Assembly: GCA_003344405.1 (NCBI GenBank)
Contig: NOWV01000137.1
Coordinates: 62,001 to 126,000, forward strand
From: Trichoplax sp. H2
Lineage: Eukaryota
Reading direction: 5' to 3'
DNA: 64,000 nucleotides
The first letter of the stretch is position 1, and each line of letters begins with the position of its first letter. A program made the translations under genes and the position numbers. The notes beneath the pieces are model-generated. The model searched no databases, was not told where the DNA came from, and saw only the letters and a program-made list of their open reading frames with translations. Of this stretch, positions 13,101-27,600 are shown piece after piece.

Positions 13101-14599
13101 ATATCCTTAATTGATGCACTAGAACCATCAAATTATGTTCAACCAACACCGGCGACTCCAAACAGCAATGAAATTGCCAATTCTGTGCAAGCAACATTCG
13201 AATATTCCAATAGCATACTGGTAGGATAGGATGTTCAATTTGTTTCATTGGAGGGTTCCATTTACTACTTCAAAGATTGGATGATTCAATCTTTTATTAT
13301 GGAGAATAACCTCTTTTAATCCTTGCAATTTGTCACTAATGATGCTCTTTGATTTTCTAGTGGGCTAGCAATTACCGAGATCAATTTAAAGCAGGATTAG
13401 CTATAGTGGTTACTCGCTATTGTCAAAGCCAATACCAGACGTGTTCACTTCAGAATCAAAAGTAAGTAACAAGAGGCTTGATTTCTGTTCTGGAATTTGC
13501 TTTAAAGTCGATATCATGCACTTGCGGCAGTTTAATTTTGCTGATATAATTAAAATAATGGTAAATCGTATAAGAATCCGTTATGAATAACAAATATTGG
13601 CCTAATAGTTTAAATTAAGGATAACTGATTAATTTATCCATGTGCTATTTCTCCACGAGATTACTCGATCAATATCTAAGCTCAGTAATGATATTTGATA
13701 GAATAGCCAGAGCATGAAGTGACTATAATTTATGATACGGATAAGTTATTGCTATTTCCTGATGGATGTAATGTTATATCTATTTTATATAAGCATAAGG
13801 ACTAACAATGATGATAATTTATGATAGTGTGGTATTTAATCAAGGCAACGTACATATTCGTCCAGGCTATCCAATGATTTTAGGGTAATTTACTTATTTG
13901 TTCTGTGCTCTTCAATATAATTTTACCTTGGATATAAACTCAATGATATGCCTTCTTTTATTATGATGGAATAGCAACAATAATGTCGTCGAATTCTACG
14001 TGAAACTACCTGTTGGTGGTTCAGCAACTGTTCTACCTAGTAATGTCCTGACTAATATTGTCAGTGCTAACCAAATGCATCTTTCTGCAGCCGTTAATGC
14101 TCTTCGCGTAACTGGTATTCAACAAGTTACTCCAACGCCAAAGCCTACTACAGGGATACCCACTTCTAGACCAACTATTGCTTCAACAACTGGATCAGCT
14201 AGCAAACCAACTACTAAACCAACTATTAAACCAACGGTTGTTACTGCTCCTAATAGTGATAACTTGATCATTGGCCTAACATTAGGCATTGGCGGTGGCG
14301 TAGTCTTGATCCTTTTTGCATTCTTAGGGTAATTTTATTCATGTTGGTTATGAATTTAGCTTTAAACGAAACTTAAACCTACGTTTTAGCTACAAATTCA
14401 TAGATAGATTGAATAGGATAGAAAGGAAGATATGATATATGAAATAAGGCTAATTTCTCTTTTATATTTTATTTATTGTTCTAGGTATTACTTTAAGAGG
14501 AGCCGATCACTTGCTCGTCGTGCTAATGAGAAATCTCGAGAATTAACCAGAATATATAGCGAGAAAGCAGAAGAATTCACCAAGCTAAATGATCTATAA
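7112..14599 (+). CDS. Mucin-like NIDO-AMOP-VWD-Ig-EGF(7)-TM protein, paralogue B (complete, multi-exon)
   Basis: Signal peptide MLKLAVLAIVLGCFITAPVSA then S/T/P-rich exon (7112-7373). NIDO exons ~7777-7901, 8471-8770, ~8880-9147 ([38 protein letters not shown]). AMOP ~9322-9728 (CPCSFGQILFDRRF, RRCCY, SFCC). VWD from ~9859 ([22 protein letters not shown]). Ig-like plus EGF exons ~11145-12961, TM exon ending ~14329, last exon ~14485-14599 ending KLNDL*. Confidence 0.92.
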
Positions 14600-14808
14600 A
14601 TTGTCAGAACATATTCATATCGCAATATTCGATAATGCATGATGGATGGTCATGATAATGATGCCATGAATGGATAAACATGACATGAGCACTTATTTAA
14701 TTCTAATAAACAAGTCATTTTCATATTTTGATAGCTAATATACTTAGCTAAATATGTTCAGCATGAACATTATTTTATAAAAGAAATCAATTGTTTTCAA
14801 ATTATCAT

Positions 14809-14931
14809 TTACTGGTCAATCCAATTTCCTACAGCAGATTCTTGCTCAAAGTTATTGATAACAACTTTGTTTATGATGCAGTCTACGGCTTGAAAATTGG
14901 ATACAAGTACTGTGTTGGTATGTTGTAGTCC
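14809..14931. other. Conserved post-stop element, copy B
   Basis: Same invariant blocks as copies A and C. Minus strand reads VLVSNFQAVDCIINKVVINNFEQESAVGNWIDQ*. Confidence 0.8.
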
Positions 14932-15119
14932 ACTAGGTTTTTAAGCTCATAAGGCCACTTATTTTCCTATTTAATTAATAAAGAGTTATTTAATTATTGG
15001 CTATGCAGTCATTGTTATAGCAATTTTGATATTTTTTGTTACGATTTCGTAGACTAGATTTCTTGTAGCTGTAAAACACATATAAATGGTGTTAATAAAA
15101 ACATTTAAATTAATTTTTA

Positions 15120-15900
15120 TAAGGTCGATGATGTAGAGTTGTAGATATTGGCTAAGTTTTACCTTGAAGCTAACCAAGTATTAAAAAATTTGCACGATTT
15201 TGGTTAGAAAGAAATATTTAAATTAATGCTGGTAGGGTTAACAATGAAGAGTTGTTGATATTGACTAAGTTTTGCCTTAAAGTTAAACTTTAATCAAGCA
15301 TTAAAATAGTACGATCTTAGTTAAAATTACAGGGTCAGCGATGAAGAGTGATAGATATTGGTTAATTTTTTGTCTTAAGGTTAATTAAGCATTAAAATTA
15401 TACGATCTTGGTTCGATATTACTTTACAATGAGAATAATGATGACAGTTATGTTCTTCTAAATCTAAAGTTGATGTTGATTAGACATCAAAATTGTATAA
15501 TATTGATTGAGTATCACTCTATAAGGGCAATGATCATGATGGTTTGCCTTTTTAAACTGTAAATTGAGATTGATCTGGCCTTAAAATTACATGATCTTGG
15601 TGGAATATATCCCTCCAACGACAATGATTGAAATATTTTCCTATTAAAGTCTATCAAATTTAGGAGTATTCTGGCTTTAAAAGTGCATGGTCTTGGTTGA
15701 ATGTTACTCAACTAGGGTATGATAGAGACACTATACCATTTTAAAACTATATACCGAGACTGTTGTGACTTTAGAATTGTACTATCCTGGTTAAATACTC
15801 CTTTACAACTGGAATGATCGCACTATTTTACTTTTAAAAATGCAGTGTAAGTATAATTTGAGATTATTCTGGCTTAAAAATTGTACAATTTTGGATGAAT
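15120..15900. repeat. Degenerate tandem repeat array (~100-120 bp units)
   Basis: Recurring gatgaagagt..agatattg(g/a)ctaagtttt.cctt.aag.taa..aag.attaaaa and aaattg(c/t)ac(g/a)atcttggtt motifs. Confidence 0.55.
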
Positions 15901-16039
15901 TTAATATCGCCGTAAAAGAGGAATAATCCGAACGTTTTTTTCTCAATATACGGCATAAATTAAGATCAATTTATTTCACTAATAACTAATGACCATCGAT
16001 GAAATCTTATCATATATAGCATTCATCTTAACCTATTAT

Positions 16040-17900
16040 TAAACTAATTTTTAACTTTGATTAGCTTCATTTATGATGGTGATTCACTCTTCAATAATAT
16101 GCATAATCATATCAAGGTGATTAAAAACGATTGAAATAACTTGATCATTTTTGTACTCTTTACAGTATTAGTAATTTCAGTTTGACTGTAAAATCACTTA
16201 TCAATTTACTGGCTTGTAATCAATCATAATCAAGTGGATGGTAATGTGATACAAAAACTTGATCGCGAGCCCTTTTACACTAATAAGGATCTTTGTATAT
16301 GACCGTATATCATTTATGAACTTATTAGATTACTATATGTCGAGGTCAGCTGGACACACTAATAATTTAAATATGGCCATATACATGTAGCTTTTATAAA
16401 CTTATTGGTCCTTATTCATCATGATCAGCTAGATGGCAATGGATTTTAAAACTCATTTCTTAATTCTTTTACTGCACTAATAATTTTAATATGATCCTGT
16501 AGGTTTTTTTAAGTCATTTTCTATTACCATTGGTGAATGGTAATGAATTGTAATCGTTTGATCAAATCCTAACTATTTTACAGTATCGGTACTCTTACTT
16601 TCAATATGCTCATATAGTTTTCCTGAACTTATTGGACTATTATCCATTTATGGTGATGTGGATGGTAATTATAATGGATTTTGATAACTTGATTATTTTT
16701 TGACTCTCTTACAGTACCAATAATTTGGGTATGGCTGATAGAGGACTCGTTGACTTATTGGTCCATTATCTATCGTCAGATGGATGGAAATGAATTGTAA
16801 TCACTCGACTCTATTACAGTACTCATATTTTCAAGATGGTCTTACAGCTTTCATAAACTTATTGGATTACTATCCGTCGCGATGAGATGAGTGGTAATCG
16901 ATTGTATTATCTCGACTATTTCTTGACACTTTACAGTACTAATAATTTGAATATGGCCATAAAACCATTCATAAACTTGTTAGACCATTATTTATCATCA
17001 GGTGGATAGTAATGAATTTCAATCCCTTTAATTACATCTCGACTCTTTTACAGTACTCATATTTTAAAGATGGTCTCACAGCATTTATAAACTTATTGGA
17101 TCATTATCCATTATAATGAACTACCGTAGATGGTAATACATTGTAATAACTTGATCATATTAAAAATTTTTTTGCAGTATTAATAATTCAAATATGACCA
17201 TATAGCTTTCATTAACTTATTGGACCATTATCCATCAGATAGATGGTAATCAGTTGTATTCACTCGATCATATCTTGGCTCTTTTACGGTACTCATATTT
17301 TTAAGATGGTCGTACAGCTGTCATAAACATATTAGATTATTGTCAGTTATGATCCAGCAGCTAACATTCACAAGTCATCTTATAAAAATACTTGGGTGAG
17401 AACATCTACTAACTAGTTTTTTACAGTCGGACTACAATATGTCCATTCACAGAATCATTTCAGCACACGTTACAGCACAGCAATAAATTTACTGTAACAC
17501 ATTTATAATTAGAGTAATTCCTATTGTAAATAACTAGTTGTAATATAATATCACTATATTATATTAACCAAATTTAGATAGCTATTTCTTCACGGTAGTT
17601 CCTACCGTAACACAGTATTAATAATTTAAATATGACCATATAGCTTTCATTAACTTATTGGACCATTATCCATCAGATAAATGGTAATCAGTTGTATTCA
17701 CTCGATCGTATCTTGGCTCTTTTACGGTACTCATATTTTTAAGATGGTCGTACAGCTGTCATAAACATATTAGATTATTGTCAGTTATGATCAAGTGGAT
17801 GGTAGTGGATTGATCATTTCTTGAATCTTTCATAGTACTAATAATTTGAGTATAGCTATTGCAACATTTATTAACTTATTAGACCATTATCTAACATAAT
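16040..17900. repeat. Degenerate ~115-125-bp minisatellite array between paralogues B and C
   Basis: Recurring unit ...ctctttacagtactaataatttaaatatggccatatagctttcataaacttattggaccattatccatc...gatggtaat...ttgatca. It includes a near-identical ~180-bp pair at ~17176-17355 and ~17612-17791. Confidence 0.85.
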
Positions 17901-18693
17901 CCAGGGACGCCGCTATAACAATACGATCATGATAATCATTAATAGATATTCAAGCGAGGATTATGCATTTGCTTCGGTAGTGTAAATTTGATATCATTAG
18001 GCAAAACCGATAATAAGTGAACCGGAAAGATAGTGAAAAAATTGATATTACTAGTAAGATTAATTAACTAATCTTTTATGCAAGCAAATACGCCTATAAA
18101 CATGTCGGTAAAGATATGAAACTGATGTCTTACGAAAAATATTAGTTCTTATACCTGCGCGTGGTCTCGGTCTAATTTAGAACTGTCAAGGCTACTGGAG
18201 AAATAGTCTTAAGAGTAGCCTCTAATGACCTATAAGCAAGCTTGTTGGGGATGAAAAAGAGACTTTTTATTTTTTAAATAATATACCTTGCATGCGGGAT
18301 ATCTATTGTTACATTATTTTGTTTGTCATGGCTATTCTATTCTTGAAATTATCAGCAACATTCCATGGTGTGGCCAACCACCTTTGCCTTTTATTTCGGG
18401 TTATCAAGCCACAGCATGAAAGTTTGGGCTGGGTTAGCATTGGTAATTAACAAATATAGCCCATGATATACACTGAAACGCCCGTCAATTGGATAGTTAA
18501 GTAATATTAGGTCATCAAAATAGCACGATGATTGCAGTAGTATTGGACATTGGCTGCAACTAAAGGTGTCGTCCACGCCAAGAAAAAAATTTCATCTAGT
18601 TTGCACTATTTTCGTGTTAAAGGCGTTGGACATTACTCAAAATCGATTATTATTCCTTGATATTTTCCATCTATTCTACTATTTTGTCTCAAG

Positions 18694-21600
18694 ATGATTC
18701 GTTTACCTATTCTAACGCTCTTTCTAAGCTGTTTTATCTCGGCATTAAGAGCAGAAGGGATTTCTATGATACCTCACAGTGACGAAGTTATCATTCACAC
18801 TACAATTCGAGAGACTGTGTTTTCTGATCTTCCAATGTCGATTTACGATACTGATACTATTACGATGATGACTTCGTCAATATTGAAGCCGACAACTGGG
18901 CCTGCAGCTACTCGACAGCCTACGCCAACTCCTACACGCCCTCTTCCATTCGGTAATAGATCAGTAATACCAATTAATTTTGTGTTTGGGAAAAATGATA
19001 ATTTTCGATATGTTTGTGATAGTAAAATGAATTAAGTTTAAAACAGGTCAATGATGAAATAACAGCGAACAGTTATTCTCTATCTTCATTATTATGTTAA
19101 CGATGAATCAGTTTGTGTTACTCAACTTAAACTTGAAAAGAAAATTCGTAACGACTTGATTATTCTGCTCACCATAATATAAAATGAGTTACGGAAGTTA
19201 TTACCGTTTTTGCGAACTAATTATTGTGAGTATTAATCCTTTTGGAGCTACTACCCACATAAGTCTTGATACCAAATGTAATCAAATACATATCGTTTCC
19301 ATTGACTTCTAAAAAGACTCTTATACTAGTCATCTAGCCTAGTCTTTGATGACATCTATTAATTTAGTTCTGATCGCAGCAATTAAATCTAACATTTTAG
19401 TAATGACTTCATCGCTTACGCTTTATTTCAAGACCTGATACAATATTTTGAAAGTCTCTGCACTGCATATTCCTGATGTAGTAACTATAGGCTTCTTCAT
19501 CATAACAAAATAGTTTCATGCCCTTTTCTCTTACAGTAATTGCTAATCTAGTTCGTGACGTTAAAATCATAGCTTTCAAAGTCGTTTTAATTATACATCT
19601 ATCAATTTAATTAAGTATTTTGTGCTGTCAAGTAGAGCCTTTAGGATTTTAGTGCAGAATTTCTTATAACGGCTTAAATATGTATAGTGCCTCCTTAAAA
19701 ATACAATTTCAGCATGCTTTGCATGACGAAACAGGTCTGCTAGAAAAAATAGATCTCAGCGTCTTTTATTCCAACACATTTTGAAGGAGGTGTTGGTATA
19801 GTTTTTGAGTATAAGCATCTTCTAATATACTCATCGCCTAGCTTAAGATAGAAATTTTCACTGTCTATGCTCAAAGTGTAGGTGCAAAATCTTTCTTGTT
19901 ATCACTTGTATGATATTACCACTGGTTGTAAATATTTTTTCCTTATTATTAAACTGCAAAAGTCTATCTATTTGAGAGCATTATTTTGCTATATGTACAG
20001 TAAACTATACTAGTTGCTGATAAGATTCCTTTCCAATTAAAGTATCTTTTCTATAATTAACTATGAATGCCTTTATCTTACGGCCATGGCCACTTATACG
20101 ATACTATGCAGTATAGGAATGATTTTGGTCATTTCTTAAATCTATCTCATTCATTAATAATTATAATAATTAACTAGTATATACCATCTTATTATTAGAC
20201 AGTGGAGCTTTACGACCATTCTCCCGAAGTAAATCTGTATCACCAGAAATTTTATGTCCGTCAGTCGATGTGCCTGCAACAATCGGATTACCAATTTATG
20301 GCAAATTATACTACAAGGCGTTTGTAAGTTAATATTTCAATCAACCAGTGCCGTAACATAATCTTTTTATTTAATCAACAAGGGTTGATAAATGCTATTC
20401 TAAAGTCTATCACACGTGGTAAATGATGAATCATCTTTTACGCGTACAATGAGTTCAGTTTAACTTGCTTATAAGTTGAGTTATTGCAAAGTACTTCATC
20501 GATCTGCTTATAAAGTTATTTGTGGCTAGTATTTTATTCAGTAATTTATGTTTCAATAAATAATAGTACCATTGAATGGGCTACTGATAGTCTCTCAAAT
20601 TGGTCTTGATTGCCTTCTTCAACAATTGATCCAAAATTTGAATAATTTCTATTCTATTAATTTTGAGATTACATTATTTTGTGAATATCGCAATTTATCT
20701 TTTACTACTAATGATGTCACAGCGCTTAATGAAGCTGGGGATGAGCGAGCATTTAATTAGAGTAAAATCATGAATATTAGAACCATCTCGACATATTGTT
20801 TACAAAATTCGCCTATAACTATATTCTACGGTACTTTAGTTAATATAATAAAAAGTGAAATGATCAATACTAAGTTTATTTTGATATTATATGTCTCTGA
20901 TCAGTTCGCTTATGGCTATTTATTACGATGGTTGTTATTCAAAAATAGCTATTCTCAGAATACCAATCAGATTTGGATCCTTTCGATAGTAGCTGCTAAT
21001 CGATTCATCGATTGCACTCCTATCCCATTGCCAGTATAAAAATAAGCACAGCAATTCCTTGAAGTATTGTTAAGACGTTTACTATTTGCTTTTAATTTTT
21101 TCCAGCACCATCTTATTATGAGTTAATGTTGAGAAATTAGTGCATCGCTGCGGTCTTAATATTCTTTCATAACTAATGAGAAAATTCAGTCTAATTATTC
21201 GCCTAGATACAAATTACGTAATTAAAAAGAATTAATTTAGCGATTTATCCATGAAATCTTGGTTAAACAATGAACAATTTTATTTAGATTTGTAGTAATG
21301 GCATGGTGACTTTCAATCGATATATCCCTGTTAAATATCCTATACCCTTTGGTAGTGCAACAAGCATTTCTGGATTGGCTGCTATATCGCCATTTTGGTG
21401 TTTGGCCGCAACTAAACAACCTGCTGGTTCCGGCACCTATTACGAAACTATGTCACCCAGTGAATTAGCTACTTACAGTAATGAAACGCGAGTGGCATTT
21501 TCTAGGAACAATTTTAGTGCGAAGTGGGGTTTGCAAGTAACCTGGGAGAATATAGTGCCAAATTCTAACACAGCAAATGTTTCTTCTCCGGTATGTGTCT

Positions 21601-24600
21601 CCCCAAATTTCAAACTTGCTCATTGACAAAAATTGTAGATTAGTAAATGATTTCCCTCTGGACTAAATTCTATTTAATTTATGCCAAAATACCTTTCAAG
21701 TTTAGACAGTTACTGCTAAAGATTATTTTCATGATTCATTTCTATTTGTTTTCTAGAAAAACACATTTCAAGTCCAAATAGTTACAGATGGGATTTCCAC
21801 TTATACCTTTTTCCGCTATCCTAGAGATGGCATCAAGTGGATCTTGCCGAGTGAAAATTCCCATTTAAGCAATTCTAATATTGGTTTACCAGTAGCTGGA
21901 TGGTCTAATGGCAATGAAATGCAGCCTATTTATCATAATATCATTATGTCAGGGACAAGTGGACTGTTGCAGTCAGTCACCGGAAATAAATCCAACTCAG
22001 GTCAACGTGGCTACTGGAGATTTGCGTAAGGACTTGCTTATGATTCGTCTTCTATAACTAGCATCGATGTTCCTTTTCATATTGAATTTCTAGCTATACC
22101 ATGTTTGTAACTATTAATGTTCTAAACTGACCTCCATATAATGTGGCATAATTTTCTTGCACTTGTGTATCACACATTAATTATTATTTATGTTTTAGTA
22201 TTAACGTATGTCCTGAATCTTTCAATCAGATTATGATCAGAATCCATATCTTATAATTATAATAGGCGATTAGTCTACATAGAAATCATCTTATTATTTC
22301 CTTTTAATGATGCAAAATATATTATGATCGATATTCCAACATTATAATACGCTTATGATGTAGTTTGTCATAAATTAGTAGAAATAAATTATAACCAGAA
22401 TCCGTTTACTCTTACGTTCACTTTCTTGAGACAACATGTATAATTATTGTCCATGATTGAACTTTACATTAAGCTAACAAGATTGACGTCTTTTATAACT
22501 CTTTTCTGATTAGATTGACAAATAGCACTAAAAGATTGAGCGAAGGATCTTGTCGAGCTTTCCTAACTCAACCACGTCCAACCAGCAGATCCATTTTATG
22601 CCCATGTTCATACGGACAAGCATTATTCGATAGACGTTTTATTTTCAATGATTTTTTTGCTGGACAAATATGTTTACGTTCAAGATTTATACGCAATGGC
22701 ATTGTTCGGCGTTGCTGCTACAGACTAGCAAACCCTGGCTTTGGAGCTTATCAACGAGGTCCTCGTAACTTTAATGCTGGATATTTGGCTCGATGGAATG
22801 GAGAAAGGCTAGATCAATCAGGTCATAGTTTCTGTTGTAACGAGCAAACTCCAATCTCTCTATGTGTTGAATTTTTCAAATCCTATCCAAGTGGGGCTTG
22901 TCGACATGCACCTCGTCTAGGTAAGTTCAGTTCTTGAATGAATTTTTCGATATCTGCATAATATGGCATCTAATTCTATTCTAATTACTGGCAATCCTCA
23001 TAAACATCAGATACCATGTCTTTTCCTTTAATATCACCTTTAACTGATCTTTATCCTAGCTTGGACTTGGGGTGATCCTCATTTTACTACTATGGACTTT
23101 CAAAACTATACTTTTAATGGGATTGGTGATTTTATCTTGCTTCGTAATAGCACAACCAGTTTAGTTCCGTTCGAATATCAATGTCGATGCGATGAAATTT
23201 CTCCTGGAGCCGGTGCAACAGTAATTAAATCTGTAGGTGGTTATGAAGGTAACAGCGGAATAGTTGAATTTAAAGCCAATAACTTTACTGGTGAGATCGA
23301 ACTTTACTATAATCGTGCTAAGCAGATGGTAGGAAATGTATCATCCGTACCTTTCGGTAATAATTCGGTTTTAATTACCATGAATGGAACCTCTGCAAGT
23401 GTTCAATTCGAATCAGGTAAAGACTAAAAATTTAAATTTACCAGTCATGATCTTAATAGAGAAAATTTTATGAAAATAAAGTATTGAGATCAGCAAGTTT
23501 TTTTCATATTTAGGACTTGCATGAATACGATAGTTGGATTTCACTATGTAGCATTGTTATACTGTTAGGTAGAACATGAACTGTTAAAGAAAATTGTGAT
23601 AGAAGGCAGTTTCTAATGCAATCTACATCAATTGACTTTCTTCCGTCTTTGTTTTACGTGATTCTAAATTTATCTGGCTACTTTATGTCGGATATATAGA
23701 AATCTATTTAATTGTAATACTAGATTACTCAGAGTAGAAGCTGAAATGTAGCTAATAATCCATTTTCCGTTGTTATATTTAAGAGCAAATTGATTGAACT
23801 AGTTAAGCATCCAAGTTAGATCTGACTTATTACATCTAGACCTCAGAAAGGTTCGGTTCGGTTCAACCCGTTATGATCTATATATAAACTCGTATACATA
23901 TACAGTGTATGGTTATATGTCCAATTAGTTCCATCTTGGCCATACTACATTAATTACATACTGTATATGTAGATTTGAATAATACTATTCTGTACACTTG
24001 TTTTGCAGCTATAAGTTATCTCTGTTTTAGTCATAGAATGGAAAAAAATATAAGCTTTTATAATTAGCTAGGGTTCAGATATGTTAAATATCTGGGTAGT
24101 ATGAATTCCATAGCAATAATGTAAAATACCTGAGACAGTTATTGAGAATTGTGCAGTGATCTATTTTGCGCCATTTTTATAAACCATTACAGGAAAAATA
24201 TCAATGAATAAAGGAATTGCCGTGTATTGCATAATTTTAGTCGATATTTAATCCCATACAGATCTTCAATTTTACTGTAGACAACAAAATCTCGATAAAA
24301 ATTTGTACTGTATCTTGTCGTAGTATAAGAAAATATCTGAACTGTTTTATGCTGCATAAATTTAATCGATTCAAAAGCTTAACTAGTAGACAAAACTTAA
24401 AGAATAAAATAGAGCATTTAATATTATATAATTTCCATCAATATTAGTACTTTAATGGGATTCTTAAGTGAAGACTTTAATAATAATTCAATTAATATTT
24501 AAACATCATTTCCTACTTAGGGTCTATATTGGGTGTTATGAAACGGTCAGATGGTATTCTTGATATAACTCTAGCCCTATCTCGAAACTACTATCACAAT

Positions 24601-27600
24601 ACTGAAGGATTATTAGGAAAATGGGATGGAGTTCAAAATGATTTTGAAAGTGCATCCGGCGTACAATTTTCACTTTCGACTTCCTCAGCTGAACAAATTC
24701 ACAGTATTGCTGCTACCTGTAAGTAGAGATCGATTTGGAATAAGATGAAAATACTATTTGACTCGATAGTGTGGATATAATACGGTAACCATCGTAGTTT
24801 AAATACACATTTTCTTCTTCAGTATATACGATGATGTTCAGTTACAGTTGCAGCGATATCATGAGCGCAGTGTTTTCGTCAACTGTTTGATAAAGTATCT
24901 CTATCCAGTTCTTTTAATGTATATGAACGTATTCAGTCATCAAATAGAAATAAAGAATATCGGTTCCCACCGTAGTATGACTGATTTAACTTTTAGCTAG
25001 GAAAAGATTTAGTACTGATACTTTAATAAACTAACTGTAAATAGAAATAATTTGCAAATGAACTTTACTCTCATTTAAACTCTAATGCTGACGTGAAAAA
25101 TATTGCCCAGAATTAGAAGTTAATACTCCGCTATAATTCTGTATACTAATTTTTTATTCGTATTTCATGATATTAGGGAGAGCGGCTCCAAGCTCTCGCT
25201 TGCTAGCTGGTAATCCTCCATCGTTTATCAATTATCAGCCTATGTTTGTCAATAATATTACCTTTAGTAGTGAAAGTCTACAAAGCAATGCCACAAGAGT
25301 TTGTGGCACAAATCTAGCTTGTCTGTTTGATGTTGCTGCCACCAATTCTATCACCGTTGGTGCACAAACCAAATCTACAGATGACCAACTAAACAAGGAA
25401 CGAACAGAATTAGGTTAGAAACAGCAACATACATTCCCTGTTGCATACTATTCCGTAGATTGTCTATATAAGATGCTAATATAGCGATATATGTATCTAT
25501 AGTAAATGGCAATGAAACCAGTATATTATTGACTAATCAATTATTCTAACGTCAGCATCTCTTCTCTTTGAATGCTAATTTTGTAAAACTTTATTGCGAT
25601 CTTAGATCACGAGCCACCTGTTATAAGTGCCCCTTCGTCCATTAATGTTACTGTTGGCTCCATGACGTCTTTTTTGGTAACTGCTTCCAGTGCAAACAGA
25701 TATAGCGTCAATTTTACTTTAATCGGCAATCTACCAAGTGGAATTACCTTTACTAATAGAAGTAGTATCGGTAACTTTACCTGGAATGTTAGGTCTGCTA
25801 ATCCTGCTACGCTAATATTTATTGCCACTGACAGTAAAGGCAGATCAAGTACTCATACGCCGATCATCAATATGTGCAATTGTACACGTAATGGACGATG
25901 CATATGGAATTCTTTAGTCGGAGAAACATTCGTGACAGTTCCTTGTAAATGTTCAAATGGCTATACAGGATCAAGATGTGAAAGTGATCTTAATGTATGT
26001 TCAATCAATCCAGAAGCATGCTTTCCAGGAGTAACATGTATAGATCAGCCAGCATCGGCTGGACGACCAGGTTATACATGTGGCTCATGTCCATCAGGAA
26101 TGTCAGGAAACGGAACTTATTGCGCTGGTTGGAGACCATATTTAAATTTCCAGTTGTATGGAATAGTATTTATGAAAGGTTAATTCAATTTATGCTTGCA
26201 TATTCTTTAGATATCAATGAATGTCAAGGATCTCGACATAATTGTAGTCATATTTGCGTGAACAATATTGGTTCCTACCGTTGTACATGCCCAAAAGGAT
26301 ACTATTTGGATGTTGACGGAAAGACTTGCAAAGGTTAGTATATAAAGTTGATGATACAATTCAACAAGATTTTTATCGATAACATTCATGACTGCCGTTA
26401 TAAACTTATGCAATTACTTAACTTAACAAATTCATTCATTGTCATTTAGATATTAATGAATGCAATTCTGCAAATAAGTGCCAACAAATATGTAATAACT
26501 TTCCGGGTGGCTATAACTGCACATGTAATGCTAATTATGTCCTCAATAGTGACAACAAAACTTGCAACGGTAATGGCTAGTCATCTTTAATGGCGGTTCA
26601 ATATTAAAAGGATTATTGCTTTACCTCATTCCTATCGTAATTAACCTATACGTGGAGGATAAAAGTGATTCAAATCGAACATACTTGTCTATTTAAATGG
26701 AATATGTGGGATTTATTGCAAATCGATTGTTACAATTTTTCTTATATTGTTGCTAATTTAAATTTTAGCAAGCTCTCCTTGTCAACAGCCCAATCAATGT
26801 GGTATCCATTTCTGCTATGAGCAAGATGGAAATGAAACATGCACCTGCAGAACTGGCTATAATAAAACCAGTGCTGGAACTTGCGTCGGTAAGTTATTAT
26901 TTAGTTAATAATCTTATGCGATATCCTGAAATAAATCGTCACCACATACCTCAATCATACACTTTATTGACATCATCGATAGATATTGATGAATGCTCGG
27001 TAAATAATGGTGGATGCTCCTACAACTGCTTGAACATAGCTGGTAGTTACCGTTGCCTATGTAGACCAGGCTACAAAATAGATGCTAACCAAAGAACTTG
27101 TGTTGGTAAGCACAAGATCCTGAATGATTAGGAAATTTTTCATGGTTACTTATAGAATTTTGCTGTAGTAATAAATTAGAATTTATTGCTAAAGGGCAGA
27201 TTAAAATAATTTCCAATTTTACAAAATGTCAGAAATATCTTGTATTTTGGTAAGGGTGTGATTATTATTTCGGCATTTATTCATTCAAGATATAAATGAA
27301 TGTACCATGCAAACTCATGCTTGCCAACCTAATGAAATTTGTCAAAATACTCCATCTAACTATTATTGCATCTGTCGATCTGGCTTGGTGTTTATAAATA
27401 ATAAATGTCAACTACGTGAGTAAATAGCAGTTTATTAAAGTACCTTGATGATACGATAACTCCTTTCTTGAAATACCTGTTATTAGTTTATTTCGTACAT
27501 TGCTTTACTTAGTAGTAGAGTTGATACAAATCTACTTTAACTTTGCATAGCTGGAGTTCTATACTATCTTCATGATTGTATAATTGTGATATAGCTCCTT

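Noticed and set aside
16040-17900. CRISPR-like array
   Set aside because: Whole units are degenerate copies with no identical repeat and unique spacer pattern, there are no cas genes, and the context is eukaryotic.
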